In this document: piece after piece, positions 10,148 to 19,808 of the stretch
How the letters are laid out: every line of letters starts with the position of its first letter
Numbering within the stretch: position 1 is the stretch's first letter
Source: a virus
Taxonomy: Duplodnaviria; Heunggongvirae; Uroviricota; Caudoviricetes
Virus record (IMG/VR): IMGVR_UViG_2585427727_000016
Reading direction: 5' to 3' (one strand)
DNA length: 36,583 bases
Notes under the pieces: model-generated
Databases searched by the model: none
What the model saw: the letters and a program-made list of their open reading frames with translations, nothing else
Told to the model about the DNA's origin: nothing
Made by a program: the position numbers and the translations under genes

Positions 10148-10317
10148 TTTAATGCTGGCCACTCATACCCTCATACCTGGTAATAAGTGGCCAGTCTTAA
10201 CACTCACCATTTGATTGCACCTGTGTTAACGATTTGTTACTGGGTATCAGACACGCTGGATAGCCAGTAGAAACATACCATTAAAATTATTACAATAATT
10301 GGTCACATGATTATCTT

Positions 10318-10881
10318 ATGCTGAATAATAGAGATATGAATATTAATGAACTTAAAGACTGTATTCACTATGAAGTAATCGGTAGCGAGCGTCCTTTCTC
10401 CTGGCGAAAGGCAATTGTTCGCGCAATAAAACATAGAAGACTTCGTTATTTATTTTGGTGGCGCATAGCCAAATACCTTTTTGATAAAGGCGGATACTGT
10501 CGGAAGATTGCGGGGAAAATAGAACGTTTCATTCTTGATAAATATAATGTAACAGTCCCTTTAACTGTAAATATAGGGAAAGGTTTTGATATTTCTTATC
10601 TCAACAGTGTTGTTATCGGTCACAAAGTAACAATCGGTGAAAATTGTTCAATAAAACCGGGGGTAACTATTGGGCTACGTGGTGATTTTAATGATATGGA
10701 TATTGTTATAGGACATAATGTGACCATTGGTTGTAATGCCACCATTCTTGGTGGCAAAGTGCGTATAGGAAACAATGTCACAATAGGTGCTCATGCATTG
10801 GTATTGCATGATATTCCTGATGATTCAACATTCATCACTAAATTTCAGTCTGAAGTTATCTGCTCGTCCTCCCGCACATAA
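10318..10881 (+). CDS. hexapeptide-repeat (left-handed beta-helix) acyl/acetyltransferase; cargo at the Z/fun position
   Basis: repeated [LIV]-G-x-x-x-x hexapeptides ([21 protein letters not shown]...[34 protein letters not shown]); strongly AT-rich compared with flanking phage genes; start codon uncertain. Confidence 0.7.
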   Translation: MLNNRDMNINELKDCIHYEVIGSERPFSWRKAIVRAIKHRRLRYLFWWRIAKYLFDKGGYCRKIAGKIERFILDKYNVTVPLTVNIGKGFDISYLNSVVIGHKVTIGENCSIKPGVTIGLRGDFNDMDIVIGHNVTIGCNATILGGKVRIGNNVTIGAHALVLHDIPDDSTFITKFQSEVICSSSRT

Positions 10882-11462
10882 CCCTGATTCATCAGCTCTG
10901 GCCATACGATATCCGGAGCTGTACTGGTGTCAATTCTACTCACTAATACTCTGTATTTTCTCCAGGAATCCAGTTGTGAATTTTCCTCGTTTGTTGCTAT
11001 TTCAAGATTAACTGCATCCTGCAGGATTGCGATGTTATCTGTTGCCTCCTGGATCAACCTTGCCTTTTTCTCTTCCGCTTCCCGTATCCGAAACAGTTTT
11101 TCTGCTTCCTCATCCTTCACCCAGGATACGCCGTCCCACTTCTGATATTCCCCTGCTGGCGACAACCAGGTGACATTCTCTGGTAGCGGTCCGGGTTCAG
11201 AAATAAACAACGCGTCCCCCGATGCCACGTCATAGACCGTTTTACCACGATGGTCTTCAACAATATTCCACGATTCATTTTCACTGTTAAAAACTGCCAC
11301 AAAGCCAGCAGGAATTTCCGGTGGGGCGATATCTGTAGAATTAGCTGGCAGCCCTGTATGAGGTGGAATATATGCGTCACCTTCACCAATAAACTCATTA
11401 GTTCCGGCCAGCAGGTTATAAATTTTTACAGTGCGTGATTGTTCACTCATTCTGAATGCCAT
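10845..11462 (-). CDS. G: tail fibre assembly protein G
   Basis: 205 aa; start overlaps H stop (TAATG); P2 G-like. Confidence 0.85.
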   Translation of the reverse strand: MAFRMSEQSRTVKIYNLLAGTNEFIGEGDAYIPPHTGLPANSTDIAPPEIPAGFVAVFNSENESWNIVEDHRGKTVYDVASGDALFISEPGPLPENVTWLSPAGEYQKWDGVSWVKDEEAEKLFRIREAEEKKARLIQEATDNIAILQDAVNLEIATNEENSQLDSWRKYRVLVSRIDTSTAPDIVWPELMNQGYVREDEQITSD

Positions 11463-13462
11463 TATGCAAGCCTCACAATATAATTAAATGCGATGTTTTT
11501 AACGGTGTTTTCCGCGTTACCAGCAGCGTTAACGGTGATGGTATGTCCATGTGAACCAATCGCAACAGAGTGCGTATGAGCGCCAATACCAACAGTGTGT
11601 GCATGTGCCCCAGCACTTGTAGCGGTGCCTGATACTGAGTGGGTATGTGCGCCAGAAGAAGGCACAGTTCCATTCCCTACCACCGTGCCACTTGATGCAC
11701 CATCCAGCCAGTCGAAATTCATACCGCCACTGTTTGGTCTCCTTAATGGCACGGTATGAGTATGTGCGCCAGCACTATTTGCAGTACCAGATACATTGTG
11801 GGTATGTGCACCTGTGTTATTCGTTGATTTAGTACCGTAATCAAACGAAGATGTGGTTTTCGTACCCAAATCCGTATTGGATGCGCTGGCGCTGTGGGTG
11901 TGCGATTTAATGCCATCCTGTTCCAGAGACAATACGTCCCGACCACTGGCGGGTTTGCCCTTGATTGTCCAGCCACGCATATCGGGGAGTACACCAGAGG
12001 GATAAGCTGCTGCAAGCAGGGGATAGGTTGTTTTATCAAAAGTCTGCCCCTGCATAACGGCATAGCCTGTAGGCACTGAATCAGAAGGCCACGGAATCGC
12101 CGCACCTACAGGAAATGAATCCTGCGGCGTCCATGCTGTCCAGTCACCCGTTGAGTACTGGCTGCGGGTATAGCTTCTGGATGTGTTATACACATAGTAA
12201 ATCTGTGTTATCCCGGCATTTTTAAGCACAACCAGTGTACCGGCAAGATTCTCTGGGTATTTCAGCGCTGCACTTGTATAGGCATTCAGGGGTTGATGGT
12301 ACAGCCCCGGCGTTTTGTAATTATCCAGATTCTGGTTTGCACCAATATTAATACTCTGACCGTTAAAAATATCCTGTGATGTAACATTGACATCATTGGT
12401 CAGTGGTTTGCCATTAACCTTACGTCCAGAGGGCACACGCCCGTTTGCATTGTCATTAGCAGCTTTAACCGCTTTCGGGGTCGCGGCAAGCGTTTCAGAC
12501 GTGCTGTTGGTCGCGTTGCTAAGCTGAACTATCCCTTTCTGTGCTGTCGTTGCATCCTGTGCGGTGTATTTCCCGTTAGCCAGCTCATACGCGGCCTTAA
12601 CGGCTTTTGGCGTTGCCGCCAGTGACTCGGAAGTGCTGTTAGTCGCACTGCTGAGCTGGATAAGACCTTTTCGCGCTGTGGTAGCGTCCTGTGCGGTATA
12701 TTTCCCGTTAGCAAGGTCATATGCTGCCTTTACCGCCTTTGGTGTTGCCGCCAGCGTTTCAGAATCGCTGTTGGTGGCGCTACTGAGCTGGACAAGGCCT
12801 TTTCGCGTTGTGCTGGCATCCTGCGCAGTATATTTCCCGTTAGCAAGGTCATACGCGGCCTTTACTGCTTTCGGCGTTGCAGCTTGTGTTTCAGACACGC
12901 TGTTAGTGGCGCTACTGAGTTGAACAAAGCCTTTTGCGGTCAGCGAGGCATCCGGGTGACGTCGTGACTGTTCATGCTCTTTCAGTTTGTTATCCACGTA
13001 ATCCACTGTGGCCATCACCATGGTGTTATCCACGGTAAGCGCCACAGTGGCAGTGCTGGATACGGTCAGAATGGTGCGAAATGTTTGTGCACGACCGGAC
13101 CCTTCGGCAACGGCTGGCTTGTAACTTTCGGCAGTATTGCCCACCGCGATTAAATCGCCGTGCTCATCAAACACACCAATTTCCCGGATCCAGAATCCGC
13201 CCGTTTCTGGAGGAATAACCAGCTCCGCAATAATGCGATTCTGATGTGTTGCGTCCAGGATGACGCGATTAACAGTATGTCGCCACACCTCATGCACCAG
13301 ACGGGTCTGCTTACTGTCTGGTGTGGGCAACGTGCCGCCACCGTCGCCCACGGCCATATGAGTCAGGCGGACAGGCTTACCATCTGGCGCGGCTGCCTGA
13401 GCTAATTTTTTTGCACCCGTATCGGTGATAACGGTTTTAAATTTTCGTGTTGTGGTACTCAT
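11462..13462 (-). CDS. H: tail fibre protein H
   Basis: 666 aa; conserved N-terminal region, four internal 44-aa tandem repeats, His-x-His-rich C-terminal tip. Confidence 0.9.
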   Translation of the reverse strand: MSTTTRKFKTVITDTGAKKLAQAAAPDGKPVRLTHMAVGDGGGTLPTPDSKQTRLVHEVWRHTVNRVILDATHQNRIIAELVIPPETGGFWIREIGVFDEHGDLIAVGNTAESYKPAVAEGSGRAQTFRTILTVSSTATVALTVDNTMVMATVDYVDNKLKEHEQSRRHPDASLTAKGFVQLSSATNSVSETQAATPKAVKAAYDLANGKYTAQDASTTRKGLVQLSSATNSDSETLAATPKAVKAAYDLANGKYTAQDATTARKGLIQLSSATNSTSESLAATPKAVKAAYELANGKYTAQDATTAQKGIVQLSNATNSTSETLAATPKAVKAANDNANGRVPSGRKVNGKPLTNDVNVTSQDIFNGQSINIGANQNLDNYKTPGLYHQPLNAYTSAALKYPENLAGTLVVLKNAGITQIYYVYNTSRSYTRSQYSTGDWTAWTPQDSFPVGAAIPWPSDSVPTGYAVMQGQTFDKTTYPLLAAAYPSGVLPDMRGWTIKGKPASGRDVLSLEQDGIKSHTHSASASNTDLGTKTTSSFDYGTKSTNNTGAHTHNVSGTANSAGAHTHTVPLRRPNSGGMNFDWLDGASSGTVVGNGTVPSSGAHTHSVSGTATSAGAHAHTVGIGAHTHSVAIGSHGHTITVNAAGNAENTVKNIAFNYIVRLA
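12430..12955. repeat. four tandem coding repeats of about 132 bp inside gene H
   Basis: DNA period visible by eye (GTATTTCCCGTTAGC...); protein repeat [38 protein letters not shown] x4. Confidence 0.8.
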
Positions 13463-13464
13463 GC

Positions 13465-13995
13465 TTAATCGCCTGGATAAATGGTGATAACTTCACCGTC
13501 ATAAGTTGCCGCCGCTGCGAAAATATCCCCCGGAATTTCCTGAATGATATTCAGCCCTGTCATGTGGCGGCTGACCGGGCGGGCATCAGCAATCAACCGC
13601 TCCATTTCCAGATACATTTCCTCCGTCACGCCACTGTCCAGCGTGCCGACTTCAACGGTAAATGTTCCCGGTTCTCCGCCGAATTCCCACCACTCAGACA
13701 CGCGAATGAGGTATCCCAGCGGCTCAATGGCCCGGCGCAGTGCGCTGATGGTCCCTTTGTGTCGGTGTATCAGCCATGCATCACGAATAACCTGTCGCTT
13801 TGTCTCTTCCGGCCAGTTGCGATCCCAGCGGTCAACGGAAAATGCCCAGGCGAGATAAGGCAGCAGGTGCACCGGGCAGGTGTCCGGGGACCACAGTGTG
13901 TTGAGGTCTACCGGGATGTCTGTAATGCGTGTTCCGACGGCTTCTGCACAACGCATGAAATTGCTGGCTGATGGGGGTAACAACGAATTACTCAT
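13465..13995 (-). CDS. I: baseplate assembly protein I
   Basis: about 176 aa from the Met with AAGGTGG RBS (ORF track extends to 14028); position between J and H. Confidence 0.8.
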   Translation of the reverse strand: MSNSLLPPSASNFMRCAEAVGTRITDIPVDLNTLWSPDTCPVHLLPYLAWAFSVDRWDRNWPEETKRQVIRDAWLIHRHKGTISALRRAIEPLGYLIRVSEWWEFGGEPGTFTVEVGTLDSGVTEEMYLEMERLIADARPVSRHMTGLNIIQEIPGDIFAAAATYDGEVITIYPGD

Positions 13996-14884
13996 TACGC
14001 CCACCTTCGCTGATGGTGAACGACTCACAGCGCGCCGCCTGTATGTCGCTGATGGCCATATTCTGTGTGGGTTCGATTATCTCCACGCGTTGCACACCGT
14101 GCACATGCAGTGCGGCAGCAATGGCGGACAACGCCACGTCCTGACCGATAAGCCCCTGCTCAGCCAGCCACTTCCTGAACGACGATTCCGCCGCAGCCAG
14201 AATAGGTTCGGATTCCGGGCCGGGGTAAAAGTACAGTTTTGCATTCAGCCGCCATGTCACGATTCTGGCACTCTGTACGGTCAGGCGGTCGGCCACCGGA
14301 CGGGTATCCTCTGCATTCAGAACGGCGCGAACGGTATTAAGCAACGCCTCCGTTGCTGTGCCGTCGCCTTCAGTGGACAGGATGGAAACCGTCACATTTG
14401 CCGGAGACGGGCTGATGGCCCGCGCATCACGCACCAGACCGCTGGCGCTGCGGGCAAAATACTCGTATGCACCTGACGGGCCAGCAACACTCAGGCCGTC
14501 GTACGCCCGCTGCGCCCGCAGTCTCAGTGAGGTGTCACTCTCCATCACCGCGTCGGTGGTATCCGTTGCCGGAGTGATGGTCAGGCGCTTTGTGTTCATA
14601 TTGCCCGCGAGGTTGTCCAGGTCTGTCCCGGCGCTGTGGCTTAACATGCAGGCGCGAGCCCCCTCATTGACCCGCTGGCGTAACAGCATTTCACGAAACG
14701 ACATGGTTTGAGCGATAACGTTAAGGGGTTCCGATTCCAGCTCCAGCGCGGCGGAAACGGCTTCACGCTGTTCGGCGGGATAAGCCGCAATCATCATGGC
14801 CTTTGTGTCAGCCAGAATTGCCTCAAAATCAGGCTCCGCGATGATGGCGGGTTCCGGTAACTGGGAAAGGTCAACAGCAGGCAT
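13988..14884 (-). CDS. J: baseplate assembly protein J
   Basis: 298 aa; follows W with a 3-nt gap; P2 J-like. Confidence 0.85.
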   Translation of the reverse strand: MPAVDLSQLPEPAIIAEPDFEAILADTKAMMIAAYPAEQREAVSAALELESEPLNVIAQTMSFREMLLRQRVNEGARACMLSHSAGTDLDNLAGNMNTKRLTITPATDTTDAVMESDTSLRLRAQRAYDGLSVAGPSGAYEYFARSASGLVRDARAISPSPANVTVSILSTEGDGTATEALLNTVRAVLNAEDTRPVADRLTVQSARIVTWRLNAKLYFYPGPESEPILAAAESSFRKWLAEQGLIGQDVALSAIAAALHVHGVQRVEIIEPTQNMAISDIQAARCESFTISEGGRNE

Positions 14885-14887
14885 GAT

Positions 14888-15238
14888 TTACTCCCTCAGC
14901 GTGATGGTTAACTCAACATTCTGCATGGTCTGCATGACAGTGCCCGACAGCATCACCCCTGCGCGGCCTCCCGCTTTCCAGACAACGTCGATGGCATCCA
15001 GGGCAATGCGGGGTTCCCATCGTGTCAGCGCAATCACGGCAGCACTCATGCATTGCAGACGCGTGGTGTTATTCATGGGTTCGTCAATCAAATCAGGCAC
15101 AAGGCTGCCATATTCCCGTCGCATAACCCGGCTTGCCAGCGGGGTGGTCAGGATGTCCCTGACTGACTGTTTCAGGTGCTCCATATCGTTCAGGTTTCCC
15201 GTCCCGTCCGGATTCATTCCTGTGTAGCGGGTTGTCAC
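14888..15238 (-). CDS. W: baseplate wedge protein W
   Basis: 116 aa; start overlaps V stop. Confidence 0.85.
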   Translation of the reverse strand: MTTRYTGMNPDGTGNLNDMEHLKQSVRDILTTPLASRVMRREYGSLVPDLIDEPMNNTTRLQCMSAAVIALTRWEPRIALDAIDVVWKAGGRAGVMLSGTVMQTMQNVELTITLRE

Positions 15239-15816
15239 TGCGGGCCTCCTGTCGAATCGCTGCCGCCTTTCACGCCACCGTGTTTATGCGTATGCACTGT
15301 GATGCCGTTTGAGGTGAAATCGCCGCCGCTGTGCGTGATATTGCCGCTCATCTTTCCCCCTTTTGTGACGTCAAGCGTCGCTGTTCTCAGAAGGTTTGTG
15401 CATTCCACGACGGGCGTATCCAGTTTCACGCTGACGGATGCCTGTAAAGTGGCCGTTTTCATGCCGCTGGCGCTCAGTGCGCCTGCGTCCGCGTCGTAGC
15501 GGAACACCGCGCCGTCCGGCGCGCTGATCACGATTTCTTTCAGGCTTTTGCTGGGTGCCGGATTGGCATCACTCCACAGGCTGCCAATTATCATGGCGGT
15601 TTCCGGGTTGCCGCCAATGCAGGCAATTACCACCTGTTCGCCGGGTGATGGCGGCAGCCACACGTTGAAGGCTCCTGCGCGCGTGGTGTTCCAGCGTAAC
15701 CAGCCTGTTTCCAGTTCGCCGCTGCGAACGCGCACGCACCAGGACTTCTCATCAACTTCAGAGATGATCCCGGTGCGGATGATGTTGCTCAGCAGTCGCA
15801 TGAGTTCTGCGCTCAC
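15235..15816 (-). CDS. V: baseplate spike protein V
   Basis: 193 aa; start overlaps S stop; P2 V-like. Confidence 0.85.
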   Translation of the reverse strand: MSAELMRLLSNIIRTGIISEVDEKSWCVRVRSGELETGWLRWNTTRAGAFNVWLPPSPGEQVVIACIGGNPETAMIIGSLWSDANPAPSKSLKEIVISAPDGAVFRYDADAGALSASGMKTATLQASVSVKLDTPVVECTNLLRTATLDVTKGGKMSGNITHSGGDFTSNGITVHTHKHGGVKGGSDSTGGPQ

Positions 15817-16457
15817 TGTACAGCCTCCGCAATCCGGCCCAGCACCGTGTTATAAATCAGGCGCTCATCTGCCTGGCTGATACCCAGCAGCTCACGTACC
15901 GGGTAATCGGTGAAAATGCCCGGCGCAACCTGATCGCGCTCACCGAACTGATGAACGCGTGCAATACGTGCGGCCACGCCGCTGTAACCCACCGTCACAC
16001 CGGAAGCATCTGCACGGGCTTTCAGGTAGCGGGCGGTGCGCAGTTTTACGAACATGGGGACGCGCCTGGTGCTGTCCTGGTCGATGCGCCGGGTGCGTAT
16101 TTCCAGAAAGCGGTCGATGTCATCCCGGTAAAACGTGCGGATGCTGTTTTTATCCTCATCCCACCCGGTGATGGTTCGCCCGTATTTCCCCGTGTCGTGA
16201 TGCCAGTTTTTCAGCGTGCGTGCTTCGTTATTCCAGATAAAACGAATGCGCTCCTGTATCCGGGTTACGCGGCGTCTGCGTGGTGTCCACGCGGTCCCGT
16301 CCGGCGCTTTCTGTGACCGGATACGCGCCTGCTGGGCGCGACGTAAATCCTGTGCCAGCTTTCTGGCGATGTTATTGATGGCCTGCTGATTCAGGCTGTC
16401 GCGAATGGCCTCAAAGGTTTCATCCACGCGGGTGAATGCCTTATCCATCGCTTTCAC
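15813..16457 (-). CDS. S: tail completion / virion morphogenesis protein S
   Basis: 214 aa; position between R and V; longer than the P2 S I remember. Confidence 0.75.
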   Translation of the reverse strand: MKAMDKAFTRVDETFEAIRDSLNQQAINNIARKLAQDLRRAQQARIRSQKAPDGTAWTPRRRRVTRIQERIRFIWNNEARTLKNWHHDTGKYGRTITGWDEDKNSIRTFYRDDIDRFLEIRTRRIDQDSTRRVPMFVKLRTARYLKARADASGVTVGYSGVAARIARVHQFGERDQVAPGIFTDYPVRELLGISQADERLIYNTVLGRIAEAVQ

Positions 16458-16908
16458 CCCACGTCACATCCTGGAATACATGCGACCAGTCGCCTGCGGA
16501 AGATGGCAGGCGGGGTTTTGGCTCCGGCAGGTGTTCTGCCTGCGGTGTGCCCTGACTGCTGCGCGTGATGCGAACGCGTTCCCGCAAGGGGAGCGTAAAC
16601 AGGAGATCGGCGCTGTCATCGTCATTGATAACGGCGGAAAATTTGATGTCCTGATTACGCTCCGGATTGAGCAACAACTGTGGCTGATTTTCGGATAACC
16701 ACGCCAGTAGCGGCAGCGTGAGGTCGTCCAGCTCCCCGGCGTAATCCATGACAAACATCACCATCTGATAGCGGTAAACAAACGAGGGCGTTTCTCCGGT
16801 CGTTTCAATGTTGCCGCTCTCCACGAAAATGGTGAATTTTTCCGGGTTAGCCTGACACCATCGGCATGAACGGGTCATGGCTTCACGCAGGGAATCAGTT
16901 TTCAGCAT
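16441..16908 (-). CDS. R: tail completion protein R
   Basis: 155 aa, same size as P2 R; follows the lysis cassette. Confidence 0.85.
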   Translation of the reverse strand: MLKTDSLREAMTRSCRWCQANPEKFTIFVESGNIETTGETPSFVYRYQMVMFVMDYAGELDDLTLPLLAWLSENQPQLLLNPERNQDIKFSAVINDDDSADLLFTLPLRERVRITRSSQGTPQAEHLPEPKPRLPSSAGDWSHVFQDVTWGESDG

Positions 16909-17185
16909 GGTTGTTGTCCTCGTTGTTCAGTCGTTGCAGCCTGCGCTGTTCCAGTAATTCAATGGCCCGTTTATCCGCGTTACAGGTTTCCAGTGCATCC
17001 AGAAGGCGGTCGCCCCATATACCGAGATTTCCCCATGTGGGAGTGTCAGGGAAGGGGGGAGGCGTTACCGGTATGGTCAGCGTCTGCGGTATAAGCCGGA
17101 CTGACGGCGCTGGCAGTGGCGCGTTCTGCGTGCCTGCGCAGCCTGTCAGTAAAACGAGCGTCAGGCAAAGCGTGGGCGCATTCAT
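16895..17185 (-). CDS. outer-membrane spanin lipoprotein (LysC/Rz1-like)
   Basis: MNAPTLCLTLVLLTGC lipobox, Pro-rich; embedded out of frame in the 3' part of the inner spanin gene. Confidence 0.7.
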   Translation of the reverse strand: MNAPTLCLTLVLLTGCAGTQNAPLPAPSVRLIPQTLTIPVTPPPFPDTPTWGNLGIWGDRLLDALETCNADKRAIELLEQRRLQRLNNEDNNHAEN

Positions 17186-17453
17186 CTTTTGCAATATCGT
17201 TGCGTAGCTGTTCACGTCTGGCCTCTCCGTCCTGATTGCGTTGCTGATTTTCCACGCGGAGTTGCGCCAGCACCTGCTGCATATCCTGTACCCCGGCGCT
17301 GATGATATTCAGGGTGTCGGCGGTACTTTTCAGGGCGCTGGCCTGCGCTTCGTTTCTGGCGTTCTCCCGGCCCAGCGACCACGACAGACGCATGGATGTT
17401 CCCCATGCGGCAATCAGAAGGAAAGCAACACCCAGCGTGGGCCAGAGCTTCAT
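17046..17453 (-). CDS. inner-membrane spanin (LysB/Rz-like)
   Basis: N-terminal TM helix (MKLWPTLGVAFLLIAAWG) then coiled-coil region; start taken at the Met overlapping the endolysin stop. Confidence 0.65.
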   Translation of the reverse strand: MKLWPTLGVAFLLIAAWGTSMRLSWSLGRENARNEAQASALKSTADTLNIISAGVQDMQQVLAQLRVENQQRNQDGEARREQLRNDIAKDECAHALPDARFTDRLRRHAERATASAVSPAYTADADHTGNASPLP

Positions 17454-17842
17454 GCCGGATAGACTCCGTGTGGTAACTGAAAATGCGGTCCGTCTTTCAG
17501 GGTCTTCCAGTCGCCGCCCCATTCCACCGGAATATTCAGTTCCCGGCTGGCCTGTCTGAATGCTGCTGCGATTTTTTCGTACAGCGGCCATTCCCATGAC
17601 ACCTGGCTGCCGATATAAGCCACAACATCCACAGCATGTCCCGTAAGGTGGCGGCTGTTCATGGTCTGGCTCTTATCTGTGGCCACCAGTTGCTTCTGGC
17701 GGTAACGGCTGCGCAACCCTTCGGTGATACCAAAATCCACTTCCGAAATTTCCAGTGCCCGTCGGGTCACTTTCACCAGATCAGGGTTTACGCCCTGCAA
17801 ATTCTTTTCGCTCCGGCTGCTGAATTTAAATGTGTTGCTCAT
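17450..17842 (-). CDS. endolysin, peptidase M15-type (L-alanyl-D-glutamate peptidase-like)
   Basis: 130 aa with SRHLTGHAVD and DGPHFQL (His/Asp zinc-site pattern of M15 peptidases); between holin and spanins. Confidence 0.75.
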   Translation of the reverse strand: MSNTFKFSSRSEKNLQGVNPDLVKVTRRALEISEVDFGITEGLRSRYRQKQLVATDKSQTMNSRHLTGHAVDVVAYIGSQVSWEWPLYEKIAAAFRQASRELNIPVEWGGDWKTLKDGPHFQLPHGVYPA

Positions 17843-18162
17843 TCGTCCTTCTCCTTCACCCTGCGATTAAAGGCCGCAATAACCTTGTCGCGTGCTTTCT
17901 CTGCCCCCATAAAACCGATTGATGCGCCGATAAACGTCACGGAATCTTCAGGAAACCCGAAGAAGCGCAACGACCCGGCCACGGCCATGGCAAGAACGCC
18001 GCACGCCAGCGATCCCGTTACGGTCTGAACCAGTGTTCGTCCGTCATAAAGACTCATCAGCGCGGAAATGCTGACCGCCGCGCCTACTGCATACACCGTT
18101 GGCAGGTGGTCAAAGAGCCACGCAATAACCTGCTCTGTGATCCCTGTTTGAATGGTGCTCAC
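17839..18162 (-). CDS. holin
   Basis: about 107 aa from a GTG start with GGGGGGAG RBS; three hydrophobic segments and a charged C-terminus (RRVKEKDE); the N-terminal extension in the ORF track overlaps X and is rejected. Confidence 0.6.
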   Translation of the reverse strand: MSTIQTGITEQVIAWLFDHLPTVYAVGAAVSISALMSLYDGRTLVQTVTGSLACGVLAMAVAGSLRFFGFPEDSVTFIGASIGFMGAEKARDKVIAAFNRRVKEKDE

Positions 18163-18164
18163 TG

Positions 18165-18365
18165 CTACTCCCCCCACAACTGAATCATTTCTCGTTTCTT
18201 CTTCTCCGGCTCTGGCATCTCCACGTCCTGCCCGGCGTCCAGAAATACCTGCTGGCAGAGTCCGGGGTTGGCATCCAGCACCTTTTCGGTGACGCCCTGC
18301 GTCGTGCCGTAGTACCGGAAACAGAGCGAATCCACGGTGTCGCCTTCCAGTGCCTTTACTTTCAT
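18165..18365 (-). CDS. X: tail protein X (LysM-like)
   Basis: MKVKALEGDTVDSLCFRYYG...ANPGL resembles P2 X; start overlaps L stop by 1 nt. Confidence 0.8.
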   Translation of the reverse strand: MKVKALEGDTVDSLCFRYYGTTQGVTEKVLDANPGLCQQVFLDAGQDVEMPEPEKKKREMIQLWGE

Positions 18366-18859
18366 CAGCACAACTCCGCAAAGATTCGCGGGCGGCACAG
18401 AATGTCAGAGATGGCCCAGCTCACATCACGCCACAAATCCGATGTCTGTATATCCAGTGCGTCCGCCCTGCGGTCGCCCTTGTCCGTTGTGTCCGCATCG
18501 CGGTAACGCTCCAGAATCAGGGCGCGTGTGGCGGTATAAACCGCATTGCGCCAGTGCCAGAGATTGACGCTTTCTCCGTTAATTACGGGTGCCGGAACAT
18601 CGGCCAGCGTCAGATGGCCAGCCGCCTGCTGTTCCTGCTGCCACGCTTCCAGCTCGCGGGTAACGTGTGCCACTGCCCCGGTGGCGGTATGCAGCAGGCG
18701 GGAGGTGGTCACACGGCCCGGCAGTCGTATCGCCAGACGCAGCTCACGCAGCACAATATCCGGCCAGAATGCACCCGCTGAAATACGGGTATCACCATCA
18801 TCGGTATCGGTGATGTCGTCCTCTGCGGGTCCTGGTTCAGTTCTGGCAACCATACTCAT
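18365..18859 (-). CDS. L: head completion / stabilisation protein L
   Basis: 164 aa; position between M and X. Confidence 0.85.
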   Translation of the reverse strand: MSMVARTEPGPAEDDITDTDDGDTRISAGAFWPDIVLRELRLAIRLPGRVTTSRLLHTATGAVAHVTRELEAWQQEQQAAGHLTLADVPAPVINGESVNLWHWRNAVYTATRALILERYRDADTTDKGDRRADALDIQTSDLWRDVSWAISDILCRPRIFAELC

Positions 18860-18962
18860 GGGGGTTCACTCCTGAAAAAAATCGGGCGGTGGGTGCGCGG
18901 TGTAAACGGTCACGGAGTCAAACCGGAACACCGCGCACGCCGCCCGCTGACGGGGTCAGTCG

Positions 18963-19763
18963 TTAACCGCGCTTCGCCTTCTGCGTCGCGGTGGTTTTTC
19001 GTGTTGCAGGCTTCCGCGTTGTCTTTTTACTTTTGCTGCTTTCGTCCTGCGCCTGCGGTGTGCTGGCATCTTCTGGTGCGGCTGCGGAATCGGCTTTTTT
19101 CAGGGCGCGGGAAAGGGTTGCAATCTCGCGTTTCACACCTGCGTTCGGGTTCAGGTGCATCGCTTCGCGCAGCAGCTTCAGTGATGAGGCCATGCTGTCC
19201 GCATCGGTCAGGCCACGGCGGGCAAAGGCGCACGCTTTGCATAATTTGGCGCGCACTTCGTCCGGCATGTCCTGGTCGGTGACAATCTCCCGGAGGGTGT
19301 CCAGTGGTTCGATAAAGGCGGACAAATCCGCGTCGGCATCCGTCCCGGCCTGCGTCAGTACCGGATTACAGATTTCTTCGGTCAGTACCGTGGCAGCAGT
19401 ACGGCCAAAGTTATCCGGCATGATGAGGTTGTGATGGACCACATACGCGCCGATACGCAGCGCAAGCGGAAGATCGCCACAGTCAATCGCCCACACCATC
19501 AGCGTGGCAATCACTTCATCCTGCTGCCCGCCGTCAGCCTCCAGCGTTCCCTCAATCCAGCCGGAAAAATCCGGCAACAACTCTTTTTTGATGGCGGCTT
19601 TCGCGCTTCTGGCCTGTACGCCCTTAAGCCGGGCCTGTGCCAGACGCAGACGATACAGCACCTCTTCATGCGCGGTACGCGCGGCATGGTCCACGCCTTC
19701 ATTCGCCCGGCCTGCGCGCTGTGCCATCACGTTCTGCCAGTGTTGCTGTGCAGGAGTAATCAT
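18963..19763 (-). CDS. M: terminase small (endonuclease) subunit M
   Basis: 266 aa; position between N and L. Confidence 0.85.
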   Translation of the reverse strand: MITPAQQHWQNVMAQRAGRANEGVDHAARTAHEEVLYRLRLAQARLKGVQARSAKAAIKKELLPDFSGWIEGTLEADGGQQDEVIATLMVWAIDCGDLPLALRIGAYVVHHNLIMPDNFGRTAATVLTEEICNPVLTQAGTDADADLSAFIEPLDTLREIVTDQDMPDEVRAKLCKACAFARRGLTDADSMASSLKLLREAMHLNPNAGVKREIATLSRALKKADSAAAPEDASTPQAQDESSKSKKTTRKPATRKTTATQKAKRG

Positions 19764-19808
19764 TTTTTCTCTCCGTTACAGGCGGGCATGATGCCCGCCG
19801 TGAGTTGA

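Noticed and set aside
12564-12923. 119-aa plus-strand ORF with internally repeated sequence; also considered as a CRISPR-like array
   Set aside because: It is the antisense reading of the tandem coding repeats in tail fibre gene H; the repeats are contiguous with no unique spacers, so not CRISPR
17454-18381. N-terminal extensions of the holin (to 18381) and inner spanin (to 17597) in the ORF track
   Set aside because: Extensions are Arg/Gly-rich and overlap the upstream genes X and endolysin out of frame; internal starts with RBS give proteins of the expected size and topology
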